From Tetramitus jugosus (lineage: Eukaryota; Protista; Heterolobosea), in the NCBI GenBank assembly GCA_937625935.1, contig OW569347.1, positions 622,642-686,641 on the forward strand: a DNA stretch of 64,000 nt, given 5' to 3'. Made by a program: the position numbers and the translations under genes. Below the pieces are notes generated by a model that ran no database searches, was not told the DNA's origin, and saw only the letters and a program-made list of their open reading frames with translations. Of this stretch, positions 22,071-33,611 are shown piece by piece (within the stretch, counting starts at the first letter, position 1; each line of letters begins with the position of its first letter).

Positions 22071-23342
22071 TTACAATGGTTTAGCAGAGTAGATTGAACC
22101 TTCAATGCTGCAATCGTTGGAGCCTCTCTTGATCCAGAAGTATCCGTTCATTCCCCAGCTTGCTCCCCAACTGTTAGCAACAATCCAGTATGGCAATCCA
22201 GAGGCACTGTCTGTTCCCCAGCCGACAATTTTGATGGCGTGACCTGCTTGAAGAGAACCATAAGTGTGAGTGTAGACACCAGACTTGTAGTAATAGAAAT
22301 CAGAGTAGACATAGAATGAAGCATGAACTGGACCATTTGTGCTGATATCGGTCATCACACTTGATAGATCAGTACTGGCGTACTTCTTGATGGTGCTAGA
22401 GTTTGCTCTGTATCTGACAAATGAACCAGATCCAGTGCAGGAGGTTGAGCAAGCTTTGTTGCTAGTGTCAGTTGAGCTGACATAAGGTGTGCATGTTTCA
22501 GTGGTAGTTCCAGTCTCGGCCAAGAAAGTCCATGTCTTGGACATGTAGCCACCCTTGCAAGCCAAGTTATAGCTGTTACAGTTGAGTTGGTATTGTGAAG
22601 ACAGAACAACCTTGGTAGCACCGTTAGTAGCAATACAGATTCTATCAGCTAACACTTCGCCAGCACTGAAAGCCCAACATCCACCACAACTTCCTTGAGA
22701 TTTGATAGCACCCATGCAGCTTGGCCATTTGGTACGAGCATCAAAAGAGGTAGCTGTTGCTTCTGTTGATGACTCGGAACTTGATGGAGTAGGTGCTGGG
22801 GATGGAGATGGAGATGGAGATGGAGTAGGTGATGGGGAAGGAGATGGGGAAGGAGATGGAGTTGATGATTCAGCTCCCAAAACCAAGTTTCCATTCACGC
22901 AGTGATACTGTGTTGGATTGTAGCAAGCTCTTCCACAAGCACTCATACCATAAGGACACAATTGATCGTTTGAACAAGTGTACTGAGCAGCGTTGTAGCA
23001 AGCACCGTTACAACAAGAAAGAGTACCACAGTTGACACCGCCGCAGGTCTCTTGAATCTTTCTACTCTCAGGAGCAGTGGCATTGCTAAACATTTCTTCA
23101 TCATCTTCAAGTTCAACGCCCAATAGATATTTGAGGTCTCTAACACGTTTACCTTCGAATTCCCTATTGACACCAGCAGTCCATGAAGGATTGTTCAAGT
23201 TGATACGTTCAATTACAGCCTCATCGTCCAAGTCTTCAAAATCGTGATTCACACCTGCAATGGATCTTGGAAAGGTACTTAATACAAATGAGCAATAGGA
23301 AAGCGCCAGGAGCAGAACAGCCAGTAAAATGAATGGTTTCAT
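22071..23342 (-). CDS. Cathepsin B-like papain (C1A) protease with an inserted Cys-rich CBM52-like module and Ser/Pro linker
   Basis: Signal peptide; cathepsin B propeptide (IERINLNNPSWTAGVN); mature start SFDARTKWP; catalytic QGSCGGCWAF, GHAIKIVGWG, YWIVANSWG. Confidence 0.92.
   Translation of the reverse strand: MKPFILLAVLLLALSYCSFVLSTFPRSIAGVNHDFEDLDDEAVIERINLNNPSWTAGVNREFEGKRVRDLKYLLGVELEDDEEMFSNATAPESRKIQETCGGVNCGTLSCCNGACYNAAQYTCSNDQLCPYGMSACGRACYNPTQYHCVNGNLVLGAESSTPSPSPSPSPSPTPSPSPSPSPAPTPSSSESSTEATATSFDARTKWPSCMGAIKSQGSCGGCWAFSAGEVLADRICIATNGATKVVLSSQYQLNCNSYNLACKGGYMSKTWTFLAETGTTTETCTPYVSSTDTSNKACSTSCTGSGSFVRYRANSSTIKKYASTDLSSVMTDISTNGPVHASFYVYSDFYYYKSGVYTHTYGSLQAGHAIKIVGWGTDSASGLPYWIVANSWGASWGMNGYFWIKRGSNDCSIEGSIYSAKPL
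22797..22860 (-). repeat. Hexamer-like repeat encoding the (SP)n linker
   Basis: GGAGAT/GGGGAA units on + encode PSPSPSPSPSPTPSPSPSPSPAP on -. Confidence 0.8.
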
Positions 23343-23689
23343 CTTGGAGAAGTTGTATCGATATAGTGAGCTCAGTAAATTGTTTTGTTGTTTGGTGTTA
23401 TCATCAGATGGTGTTAGCTAATTCCTTTTATACCAGTGTCATCCATTGTAAGCTCTGGCGAATCAAGGAATTCACAACTCATTCAAGCATGTTGGGTATT
23501 AGTCAACTGCGAGACTGTTGACGTTATCGGAGGAGTCAACCCAAAAACCCACGCGAAAAACAACCGACCCCGATAGCTCCAATTCCTTTCGGAGAGAATC
23601 CTGGTTTGTCAGATTCGAAAAGTGAAACAATGAATCGTGGATCCACAAGTGAGAGTGATTAGAGTATGTAACATGTGTTTATATGGTTC

Positions 23690-25975
23690 TCATTGATTCT
23701 CATTGGGAATTGGAACAACGGGAAGGACATGATCGTACTGAGGTACGTTAGCTAACGTTTCACCGGCATCAATTACAGCAATTTCATGCGTATCTTGAAG
23801 CACTATCTCTTCTTGTTCCGCCTCTTTCTTCTTATCATTATTTGCAAGTTCATTTTTGGTCTCGGGCATCAGGATAACAAGAAGGATGGTACAAACGACG
23901 CCTACTCCTCCAAAGAACCAAAATGCTGGAGCTTGACCGATAGCAGACACAACAGGCAAGAATATCAATCCCAGAACCAAGTTCAGTGTCCACTGCAAGA
24001 ACAGCAATGAGCTGACTGCAATCACAGAAACATCAGGTGTGAACAATTCATTCAAATAGGGGACATAATTACCTCCGAACAAGCCATTGAAACCAATGTA
24101 GTATATAGCAATCATTGCAATAGCACTATATCCTTTAGCTACTTGATTCTTAACAAAGTAAAGCAAGAAGCCCATAGCAATGGTTGCCACTGTCATAAAA
24201 ACTGTTCCTGAGATGAGGACCGGTCTTCTTCCAAGTACATCACCAAGAGGAGCCAATACTGTGGTCAGAACAATCCATCCACCAAGTGCCACAGATGCAA
24301 TGATAGGTCCCTTTCTCTGTGTGAAACCAGCCGCCTTGAAAATGTCTGTCGAATAGAACAGAATAGCATTGATACCGAGCCAGGTCATCACAACAACGGT
24401 AACAAACCCAACAAAATAACGCATAACATTCTTTCGATTACAAAACAGTGATCCCATCACTTCGATGAAACGACTCTTTCTACTCTTGTTCTCTTCAATG
24501 TGTTGCAGGACATCGATGCTTCTCTCTGACTGTGGAACGTCGAAAGAAGGCAGTCTTACTCCTTCCTCATCGATACTAGATGATCTACCAAGTGGTAATG
24601 GCGCACTACTAGAGTTGCCTCCAATCATAGGCCCTTCATGATGTATGTGGTGTCTGTGTTCAATCGAAGTATCAATAGTAGTGCAATGGATATTCTCCAT
24701 TTCATAACTATCGGCACTGTGTCGACTACCCACTTGATTCTCACTTGAGAGGTGGTCTTGATGTTCAGCCATTGCTTTTCCATTGGTCTTTGTATTCTTG
24801 GTTGGAGTGTTAGCCGTAGAAATTCCGAGCTTGGTTTCGAGCCATACTGGACTTTCTGGTACCAGCAGTGTCATAAACATGAATGGAATACAGCAAATGT
24901 TGGTCATGGCAAACATGAACCTATAGTTATAGATGACGTCCATGAATGCCAAGCACATGACATAACCCAACAAAATTCCCACAGCAATTCCCAGCTGTAA
25001 AGAATTTCCCATCATGCCCGCTCTTTTCGGAAAAAATCGAAAAGCCATCTCCGCCACCATCATTGGCGCCGACACGATTGACATTGAATTACCCATGCCC
25101 ACGACAACTCGAGTCAAATTCAAAAACCAGAACGTGGGACTGACAGCGCTCAGAATACTTCCAAGCAAAGTAAGAGCACCAGCAATGAAACTCGTAGTCT
25201 TCCTACCCAACCAATTCGACAGTACACCACCCAGAAGACAACCAATCATTCCACCAGCCACATAGCAACTACTCACCAGACCCAACAGAAAACCAGTGGC
25301 GATCGATGTTCGTTTGCTATGAAACACTTTTGGATAATCACTTTGAATGGGTGATAAAACTCCGGCCACGACAGACAAATTGTAACCATAGGTTGCGCCG
25401 CCCCAAAAGTTGAAGATGACCAGGAGAAGCATGAGCCATTTTCTCCTCACTTCCAAAAAGGAACGAAAATATCTTAGCTCATTGTGTCTCTTCATGAGGT
25501 GTGGCATAGAGAAACAACCTCGTTTACGATTATTTGAAGAGTGTGATGATGATTGTTGATGCTGTTCATGTAATGCATGTTCATTGTGTTGATGTTGTTG
25601 ATGTTGTTGAGAGGGAAGCATTGCCGCAACAGTGTTGTAATAAGGGTTATTACTCGTTGTGCTAGAAATGCTGTCCATGCTGGGTGAATGCGTCGTGTGA
25701 AAAAATTGTTGATCATCATCCAAAGCGGAAGAAGAATCAACCACGGCAGACGTAACGGATGGAATGTTGTTGCTACTGCTGTTGTTGTTGATGTTGTTCA
25801 AGCTCTTCATGGGATAACAGTAGTCTTCACTTTGTTCAGTGATCATGACACTGTTGCTATCATTGTTGTTGTTATTATTGCTGTTATTGCTGTTATTGCT
25901 ATTGTGAGTGTTATTGTGATCACTGGCATCACCATTAGCTAATGTTGTGAGATGACTATTGCTATCGCTCTGCAT
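23690..25975 (-). CDS. MFS sugar porter family transporter
   Basis: GYNLSVVAG, LSNWLGRK, RVVVGMG, PESPVWL, GINAILFYS, DVLGRRP, PETK motifs; about 12 TM helices; N-rich N-terminus. Confidence 0.92.
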   Translation of the reverse strand: MQSDSNSHLTTLANGDASDHNNTHNSNNSNNSNNNNNNDSNSVMITEQSEDYCYPMKSLNNINNNSSSNNIPSVTSAVVDSSSALDDDQQFFHTTHSPSMDSISSTTSNNPYYNTVAAMLPSQQHQQHQHNEHALHEQHQQSSSHSSNNRKRGCFSMPHLMKRHNELRYFRSFLEVRRKWLMLLLVIFNFWGGATYGYNLSVVAGVLSPIQSDYPKVFHSKRTSIATGFLLGLVSSCYVAGGMIGCLLGGVLSNWLGRKTTSFIAGALTLLGSILSAVSPTFWFLNLTRVVVGMGNSMSIVSAPMMVAEMAFRFFPKRAGMMGNSLQLGIAVGILLGYVMCLAFMDVIYNYRFMFAMTNICCIPFMFMTLLVPESPVWLETKLGISTANTPTKNTKTNGKAMAEHQDHLSSENQVGSRHSADSYEMENIHCTTIDTSIEHRHHIHHEGPMIGGNSSSAPLPLGRSSSIDEEGVRLPSFDVPQSERSIDVLQHIEENKSRKSRFIEVMGSLFCNRKNVMRYFVGFVTVVVMTWLGINAILFYSTDIFKAAGFTQRKGPIIASVALGGWIVLTTVLAPLGDVLGRRPVLISGTVFMTVATIAMGFLLYFVKNQVAKGYSAIAMIAIYYIGFNGLFGGNYVPYLNELFTPDVSVIAVSSLLFLQWTLNLVLGLIFLPVVSAIGQAPAFWFFGGVGVVCTILLVILMPETKNELANNDKKKEAEQEEIVLQDTHEIAVIDAGETLANVPQYDHVLPVVPIPNENQ

Positions 25976-27380
25976 GTACGTGTGTGTGTTTGCTATGATT
26001 TGTTGTTGAAAGCGATATATATCTATTGGTGTGTGTATTCACGGGAATTTCCTGCGTTGTGTCGCTTCGGTGGACAAAATTGTTTGGTTGCGCACGTGTA
26101 AACTCTCTGTGGGCGAAGCGAATCGATACTGCTTGGTGGTTGTTTTGGTGGTTGTTACTGTCTGGTTAAGTTTTGGAGCGAGACAAGCAGAGGGAGGCTT
26201 TAAAAGGATGAGAAGATTGGCGAGAGCTAGCGATATTGCTTTCGAGTTTATTTTTATTTTAGCTTCAAGCATTCTGCTAGCATGCGGCTTGTTGTGGAGC
26301 TTATCATGTGCAAAAAAATACATGTTTAGCCAGGAGAATTGCGGAAGAGCTTCAAATTGTTGACTGGTATTTTCTCCGACTTACTGCTTGAATCCTTGGG
26401 CATTGCAGACTCGAGCAACTGAATGATCCCCAGGCAACAATGTCTGAAGTTCAGGTTTCTAGGTCCACTTTGAATTAAAAGCAAAATTACATATCTCTTG
26501 AACCACCAACCCTATTCGCCTTTTTTTCGTTGGGTGCTTCTGCTTCTCGTGATTCCAACGATTATTTTCTAGCTCAAAAGAGGCCCAGTCATTCCACCAA
26601 GAAATCAATTTCCAATCGCGATCATGTCAGACATGTAAGGTTGCTCAACCTGATAGCATTGGTAGCATGTTGTTATGTTTCATTTTTCTAAGCGGGTGGT
26701 GTCACAAAACTTGGACGAAGGCATTTCTATCCTTGGCTCTCTCGCAACAAAAAGGTCAAACCAAACATCCCGACAAGTCGGAGTAACATATCACCGATTT
26801 TTGTAAACTTACATGGACATTTGACATGTTCGTTGGGTCCAAAAGACCAGAGACAAACGAACAGCACCAAACTTTGACAGTCTCAAACAATATTTTTTCT
26901 CCACCAACAGTTGAAACCAAGTAACGTTTTATTGCGTACGCACAAACAAAAACAACGAAGAAACAACAAATCTCCATTTGCAATGTACGTTTTTCTCACC
27001 TTGTCACGAGGGCCTACCATTCTATCACTCTCTTCCATTCATTCATTCGCTAACATCATTTTTTCGTCCATTATCGTTTTTTTCCCATACGGTGTTGACC
27101 GAATCTTTTTTTTGGACCACTTATTCGCTCACCAACACCAAATCCAAAAATCAACAATTATGCAACATGTCGTCGTGCTGTCAAACACAAACCCAAACAA
27201 ACAACAACCAAAAACAACAAATAATAACCAACAACGAATAATAATTTTAACAACCAACAAACAACCAACGACATCCTAATCACAACTCTTGTTGAAACAA
27301 ATAGTCGCTTTTTAAAAAACAACAACCAAACAACCAACACAACAGTTACCCCTATTTATTATTATTATTAACGAGAAAAA

Positions 27381-28679
27381 ATGGGTTCATGCTTCTCATC
27401 GAACACTAAACCAATCAACAAGGACGTTGAAGACGAATTGCGTCGATCGGCACTGGCCCAGCGCAATGAAATCAAGCTTCTCTTGTTGGGTGCCGGAGAA
27501 TCAGGCAAATCGACTCTGTTTAAGCAAATGAAAATCATTCATCACAATGGTTTTACACAGGACGAGTGTATGGGTTACAGAGATATTATACGATCCAACG
27601 TTCTTCAATCCATGAAGTCACTCATTCAAGCGACACACAAACTTGGAATCCCGATTGAAACGGCGGAGAATCGTCAAAGAGCGGCAAAAATTAATGATTT
27701 TGATCAGGAAACGTTGTTGAACATTAACAGAATTTATTCGGAAGAGTTGGGAAGAGATTTGGAGGCTCTGTGGGCAGATGAGGGTATCTCTAGGACATAC
27801 ACACAGAGAAATCAATTCCAATTGTTGGATTCTACCGAGTAGTATGTGTTTGCTTGTTTTTTTGTATTTTTTTCATGATGACAGCTCCAGTCAACCATCA
27901 TCAGCGTGTTGGCTGTCAAAAGCTAAAAAAAACAAAAATGGCTAACAACGGCGCGGAATAATCATTTTTTGGCTCGTTTACTGTAGTTTCTTCAAGAACA
28001 TTGATCGAATCAGCAATCCAGACTTTGTACCAACACAACAAGACGTTTTGAGATGCAGAGTAAAGACTACTGGTATCGTCGAATCAGAATTTGACCTCAA
28101 TGGCATCAAATTCAGACTGTTTGATGTGGGAGGTCAGCGTAACGAACGAAAGAAGTGGATTCATTGCTTTGATCAGGTCACTGCAGTTATTTTTGTGTCC
28201 AGTTTGTCAGAGTATGACCAAAAGTGCTACGAAGATGATCAGGTACGTGTTTTTTGTCTCTCTTGAGCTTTAGTTTTTTTTTCTTCATTGCCGCCAAAAT
28301 CAAAAGCTAACAACAATAACAATGACAAAAACAATAGACATTGAGAATGAAGGAAAGCTTGGTCCTGTTCGATGAAATTACCAACTCTCAATTCTTTAGT
28401 GACACACCTACCATTCTCTTCTTGAACAAGGTTGACTTGTTCAGAGAAAAGATAAAACATACGGATATCAAGATGTGTTTTGAAGATTTCCCTGGTCCTT
28501 CCAAAGACTATGAATCAGCAGCCAATTTCATCCGAGACAAATTCTTGTCGTTGAACAGGGAGGATCACAAGGAGATTTACACACACATTACATGTGCCAC
28601 CGATACTCAAAACATTCAAAACGTGTTTGACAATGTCAAGGACATTATTTTGAAGCAAAATTTGCCAACTGCATTGTGA
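27381..28679 (+). CDS. Heterotrimeric G protein alpha subunit, 3 exons, ~352 aa
   Basis: Exons 27381-27841, 27987-28242, 28338-28679 (introns GTATGT..TAG, GTACGT..TAG, frames preserved). MGSCFS acylation site, [28 protein letters not shown]. Confidence 0.96.
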
Positions 28680-29137
28680 GTCGGTCATGTGTGTGTCGTG
28701 TGAACATGCATGTGCGTGAAAGCAATTTCTCTCACACAAGGATTTCTTCATGTATTGAAGTCTTTTTATTCAACAAACAACAACAAGAATAGTAACGAGT
28801 GAATGATATGCCAATATATGTGACTGCTGCACGTGAAGGACATTTGGAAACAAGTTGTTCCTTCCACTCTCTCGCGTCTCACACAATTTATTGAAATGGC
28901 AAAGAAGGCTTTTGGCAATATCAGTGAGCACAGTACAGTCAGTCAACACCTCCCCCACAACATATCTCACTTCGTGAACAAGCCACACCAACTTTTTCCT
29001 CCCAATTTGAAATCTCATCCCAGTTAAACTCATCCTTGTTAAAACAACATGGAAGTAAAATCATAAAGCTAACATTTAAGAATGAATTTTTGTTCCATCT
29101 TTTGAACGTTTATCAGTGAAGAAGATTTTAATTCTCT

Positions 29138-30361
29138 TCAGCTCCTTGATACCATGCTCTCATCACAAATCGCTTTGAATGGACATATTCTACACTTTGA
29201 AGCAGAGGGTGTTGCATCAAACTTCTGGAGTCTAATGTTCTCAGAGACACTGAATAATAGTTCTTCTGCTTTTGAAATGTAGTCCATTAACTCATGCAAC
29301 TCCCATGTCACAGTCTGCCCCGTCGTTATCGAACACAGAATAGCTCTCTCAGGCAACTTTTCAAATATTTTGAGATGTGCATACATGTACAGAACAATTT
29401 GTAGCAAGTGCTGCTCTGAAGCACCAGAGTATAGCCGTGTTTTAAACTCGACAATCACATCGTTCTCCTCTCCATTTGATCCATCTTCGTTGATGGTGAT
29501 CATCTTGTCTACACGATCCCAAATTCCTTTAAATATAATTGCTTCTCCTTCACTATTCACCAAGTCCGTTTCAAATTGAAATGAAGATTCTGATAGAACT
29601 GGATACCGAACAATTTCAGATCTCGTAGAGAACGGTGAATCAGGATCATCCACTGTGGAATTGGTCACGTTGTTCATGTCCTTGTTTTGGTTCAATAGAT
29701 AGAATAAAGCACCTTGATCAAGCTCTCTTTGTATAAATTGAGTCAGAATGTTCATTCCTTCTTGATGCTTTTGATCCACTTGAAATTTCTTTAAGCTGTT
29801 CCAGACAGCCCCAAGATCGCTCTTATTCTTGTTCGTGCTCAAAAATTTTAAGATTTTTGCACGGCCATCGTTCAATTCTTCTCTCATGACTTCAGACATT
29901 TCATTCAGCAAATTGGACTTTAACTCTTCCACGTCTAATGACTCTAAAAAGGAATAAAGAGAGGAATCTTGATCACTCTGTGCTCCGTCATCAACACCAT
30001 TGTCATCAAGACTAGCTTTCATTCCTAGATCAATGATACGATTGGCAAATCGATCAATAGAGTTGTGGAGTACGTTGCCCATGATGGCAGAAACATTGGG
30101 CTCTTGAGGTACATTGTCCACATAGTTTAGCTTAAAGGACTTTGGACACTGGAGATATCGTGACACCCTAGAAAAGCTCAGTTGCTTGTGTAAGTCAGTT
30201 GCTTCAACCTTCTCCCATGGCAAATTGGCTGCGATGGTGGATTTTGTTCGTAGTTGATCGTGGCGCCAAAACGAAGAAGCCGTTTCTGAAAGAAAAATGG
30301 GCGCCAATTTCTTTGTCCGATAGCGGAGTTGTTGCTTCGACGAGTTCAATAATAACATCAT
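29138..30361 (-). CDS. PD-(D/E)XK nuclease, RecB/AddB/Cas4-like, with a four-Cys Fe-S staple
   Basis: LSFSRVSRYLQCP, GNVLH, GIWDRVD, IVEFKT, QIVLY, CRICPFKAIC; basic, acid-poor N-terminal extension; intronless. Confidence 0.88.
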   Translation of the reverse strand: MMLLLNSSKQQLRYRTKKLAPIFLSETASSFWRHDQLRTKSTIAANLPWEKVEATDLHKQLSFSRVSRYLQCPKSFKLNYVDNVPQEPNVSAIMGNVLHNSIDRFANRIIDLGMKASLDDNGVDDGAQSDQDSSLYSFLESLDVEELKSNLLNEMSEVMREELNDGRAKILKFLSTNKNKSDLGAVWNSLKKFQVDQKHQEGMNILTQFIQRELDQGALFYLLNQNKDMNNVTNSTVDDPDSPFSTRSEIVRYPVLSESSFQFETDLVNSEGEAIIFKGIWDRVDKMITINEDGSNGEENDVIVEFKTRLYSGASEQHLLQIVLYMYAHLKIFEKLPERAILCSITTGQTVTWELHELMDYISKAEELLFSVSENIRLQKFDATPSASKCRICPFKAICDESMVSRS

Positions 30362-30551
30362 TTGAATATTGAGTGGTAATGTCTGTTGTTTTGTTTGTCA
30401 GTGCACGCTGAAATACTATGACTTGTTCACACCAGAATTTGTTTGATTTTGCATGATTGTTTTTTGAGCACGGAAAAATTTGATTATGTTGAAGTGAAGA
30501 ACCTGGTATGTAATGCTTGATAAAAAGAAAAAGATTTTATTCTCATTCAGC

Positions 30552-32741
30552 TCAAGGTCTGGCTCGAGAGAAGGAGTCCAGCATGTAAAAGTAATCCTTG
30601 CTTTCGAGCATGGAGGATGGTGGAGCCATTTGTGATACATCTGGAACGTCGTCCAACACATGAACAGTTTCATCCTCGGTGACTGAGCTTTGCGAGTGTG
30701 CTTTTGTCTCTTGTGCATCAACATTCACTGTTTCTGTCAGTCTGATTGCAGGCTTGATGTGTTCAACTACATCAGGAGCAGAGTGTTGACTGATACTAGC
30801 AGCCAATTTTTGCTCAAACTGGTAGCTGCCATGATCGACAGGTGGTACCCATCCTGGATAGTGAGCCTTAAAGTTCAAGTAACTGACCTCCATCTTGTTT
30901 TGCAGCGATCTTTGCAAGTGATCAGGGCTAGCAGTGTCCATGACAGAGCTACCAAATCTGTTAAAGTTGAATGTAGCAAATCCACAAACGTGACCAATTC
31001 CTTCTACGTCCACTGTGATTTTGTCCATGAATTCAATAATTTTCTCGGCACTGTTCGGCAATGATATACACAGAATAATAGGTGTGACGAGAATACTCAA
31101 TAGCTCCTGGAATAGTTGTGCCAAACTGTACTGGAACAGTTGGTTGAACTCTTCACGAACCTCGGTGTGATGACCAAGCTCCTTCCAATTCTCTGGATAG
31201 TAATGAATAATAGAGCACACATCTTGCAGCTTTTCCTTTGGTTCAAAAACCTTGCGCTCGTCGATAACAAGAGACTTGGCATAAGCCCAGACTAGCAACA
31301 GCACTGTCAACCACCAGAACAAATTTTGATTCAGGATATTGAAGTAGAGAAGCAATGGATTCTTGACTGAAGAAATCAAAATAATTGTCGCCGCGAGAGC
31401 CGAAACAATAAACATGACTGATTTCGCCAAGGTAGACAGCAAGTAATCAGGGAATTGTTCCGTATACTTGTGTGCAGGCTTGTAACTCTTTTTCATTCTT
31501 CGTTCAAATATATGAGGCAACTCATTGAACTCTCTAAACTTCCATCTTGCCAACAAGCTCCATCTTCTGTCCAACAGAGTGAGAGGAGATTTTCGAATCT
31601 CGACAGAGTATTTGAATACAGTGTACACGACAACAAAGAAGAATATGAATGGAGAAGCAATCAAGTTCAATATTCCCAACCAGATGAACTGCTTTCTCAA
31701 CTTGTTTGGATTGTGAATAATTTCTTCCTTGACCTTGAAATCCGAGTCAAACATGTAATTGATAATGTACTTTAGGTTCCACATGAGACTCTGAGTCAAA
31801 ATACCATACTTGTTCTTCCATGCAGGCACAAAATAGTGCAGTGGTACTCTCAGATTCAACACTTCCTTGTTAATGAAAGCAATCAAGAAATTTTCTCTTC
31901 TCATGATACGGTTCATAATATCAAACGCATTCAAATTCTTCATGACATAAATCTTTCTTCGATCCTGCAAATGAATAATCTTGTTCACAATCTCGTCCCA
32001 CTCCAGTGTTTGAATCTCCTTTTCTGACACTTCCAAATGAACATTGAAAAAATGCTTAATTCTCCACATGGAGATCAACTCTGACACATAGGTCACACAC
32101 AGGAATATCCAATAACACAGAATACCCAGTTCGAACGTGATGGCCGTTCGATGAAACCAATTCCACCTGTCACTCCACGCACCTCTTCTCACCACACTCA
32201 CATTGGCACAATTCTGATTCTCACATTTCCACATGGCTCTCCAATCTGCTACAACAAACAGAAACGTGCTGAATCCAATCATGAACAACACGGTGCAAAG
32301 CTTGAGAATACGTTGGAGGGTCAACGTCCAGAATCCCTTTGCTAAATAATACTTGTACACTTGACTGAAAAAAACATCCAAATTTTCAATGCCCAACGAC
32401 TCTCTCTCATGACCCGAATTCAACAATGTGGCATGAATTTCATCGTCATTGTATGTGAAGCCAATACCATCTTCGTCGTCGTCATCGTCATCTTCGTCAT
32501 CATCATACTCATTGATACCTATGTTGCTATGATTGTGCTGGTGATAGTAAGCTGCTGTTGTTGTTGTTGGTGACGTTGTTGATGGTGTGGGTGAGGAGAA
32601 AGCTTCAGTTATTATTTTTGTGGTGGTTGTGCTCTTGTTGTTATCACTACTCGTATTGTGATTATTGTGGCTTGTATGTACATGAACTTCTTGAAGCTCT
32701 TGGGCGAGTTGCCCATCGGGATCATCGTGCTGTCGGCTCAT
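30552..32741 (-). CDS. ATG9: Autophagy protein 9 (lipid scramblase)
   Basis: IENLDVFFSQVYKYY, DIMNRIMRRENFLIA, RRWSLLARWKFREFNELPHIFERR, QELLSILVTPIIL, VEGIGHVCGFATF, KMEVSYLNF. Confidence 0.96.
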   Translation of the reverse strand: MSRQHDDPDGQLAQELQEVHVHTSHNNHNTSSDNNKSTTTTKIITEAFSSPTPSTTSPTTTTAAYYHQHNHSNIGINEYDDDEDDDDDDEDGIGFTYNDDEIHATLLNSGHERESLGIENLDVFFSQVYKYYLAKGFWTLTLQRILKLCTVLFMIGFSTFLFVVADWRAMWKCENQNCANVSVVRRGAWSDRWNWFHRTAITFELGILCYWIFLCVTYVSELISMWRIKHFFNVHLEVSEKEIQTLEWDEIVNKIIHLQDRRKIYVMKNLNAFDIMNRIMRRENFLIAFINKEVLNLRVPLHYFVPAWKNKYGILTQSLMWNLKYIINYMFDSDFKVKEEIIHNPNKLRKQFIWLGILNLIASPFIFFFVVVYTVFKYSVEIRKSPLTLLDRRWSLLARWKFREFNELPHIFERRMKKSYKPAHKYTEQFPDYLLSTLAKSVMFIVSALAATIILISSVKNPLLLYFNILNQNLFWWLTVLLLVWAYAKSLVIDERKVFEPKEKLQDVCSIIHYYPENWKELGHHTEVREEFNQLFQYSLAQLFQELLSILVTPIILCISLPNSAEKIIEFMDKITVDVEGIGHVCGFATFNFNRFGSSVMDTASPDHLQRSLQNKMEVSYLNFKAHYPGWVPPVDHGSYQFEQKLAASISQHSAPDVVEHIKPAIRLTETVNVDAQETKAHSQSSVTEDETVHVLDDVPDVSQMAPPSSMLESKDYFYMLDSFSRARP

Positions 32742-33017
32742 TGCTGTTGTGGTTGTTGTGTTTTTGGCCGCGAGTTTTTTGTTCTTATTTGTGTGCGTGC
32801 TCTTGATTTTTTGTGAAGCTTTTTTGAGCTTATGGGCTTTGAAGTTCTTGTTGCGGGCGCGGAAAATTTTCTCTTGTTGTTGGAAGGAAGATTACTTGAA
32901 AAGTTTTAGCTTGGATCAGCTGGTGTTTTATTTACAGTTGTTGTTAGTGGTTTGCTGTGTTTCTCTCTTATGAATGTGGGACCTAGTTTGTTCAAAGAGT
33001 TTGGAGGCCGTGTGAAT

Positions 33018-33611
33018 TTACATGATGTTACACATCCTCCTCTTCTTGGGAGGTGGAGTGTCATCCACTGGTTTTCTGAGAGCTCTCATATCCTTCACCA
33101 ATGCATGGAAGCATTCATCAATGTTGAGTCGTTTCCGAGCAGAGCACTCCATGTACATCATCTTTCTCTCTCTGGCGTACTGTTCTGCCTCATAACTGGT
33201 TATCGCTCTCTCTGACTCCAAGTCTGCCTTGTTGCCAACGAGGATCATGGGTACTTGTCCTGCATCGACATCCTTGACTCTCAGAATCTGTTCACAGTAC
33301 TCGTCGACTTCTTGGAATGACTTGCGATCTATGATGGAGAAAACGAGCATGAAACATTCTGCACTTCTCATATAAGCATCACGAAGAGCTCTATATTCTT
33401 CTTGTCCTGCAGTGTCCAGTATTTCCAGGTAGCATGGCTTGTCATCTACTCTGCAGTGCTTTCTGTAGGAGTCTTCAATGGTTGGATCGTAGTCTGACAC
33501 AAAAATGCTTTGGACAAACTGGACAGTGCATGCACTCTTTCCCACAGCTCCACCACCCACTACAGCCATCTTGTATTCTTCAAGTTCACCACTGTTGTTG
33601 TTTTTGGACAT
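33018..33611 (-). CDS. Ras-subfamily small GTPase
   Basis: GGGAVGKS, YDPTIEDSY effector loop, DTAGQEEY, NKAD, polybasic tail and CAAX box CNIM. Confidence 0.96.
   Translation of the reverse strand: MSKNNNSGELEEYKMAVVGGGAVGKSACTVQFVQSIFVSDYDPTIEDSYRKHCRVDDKPCYLEILDTAGQEEYRALRDAYMRSAECFMLVFSIIDRKSFQEVDEYCEQILRVKDVDAGQVPMILVGNKADLESERAITSYEAEQYARERKMMYMECSARKRLNIDECFHALVKDMRALRKPVDDTPPPKKRRMCNIM

Noticed and set aside
27188-27198. CAAACCCAAAC, a possible telomerase RNA template
   Set aside because: Lies in a long A/C-rich leader upstream of G-alpha where such words arise by composition; no surrounding structure seen.
29138-30361. Cas4-like gene as evidence of a CRISPR system
   Set aside because: No repeat-spacer array or other cas genes; the neighbours are ordinary eukaryotic genes.
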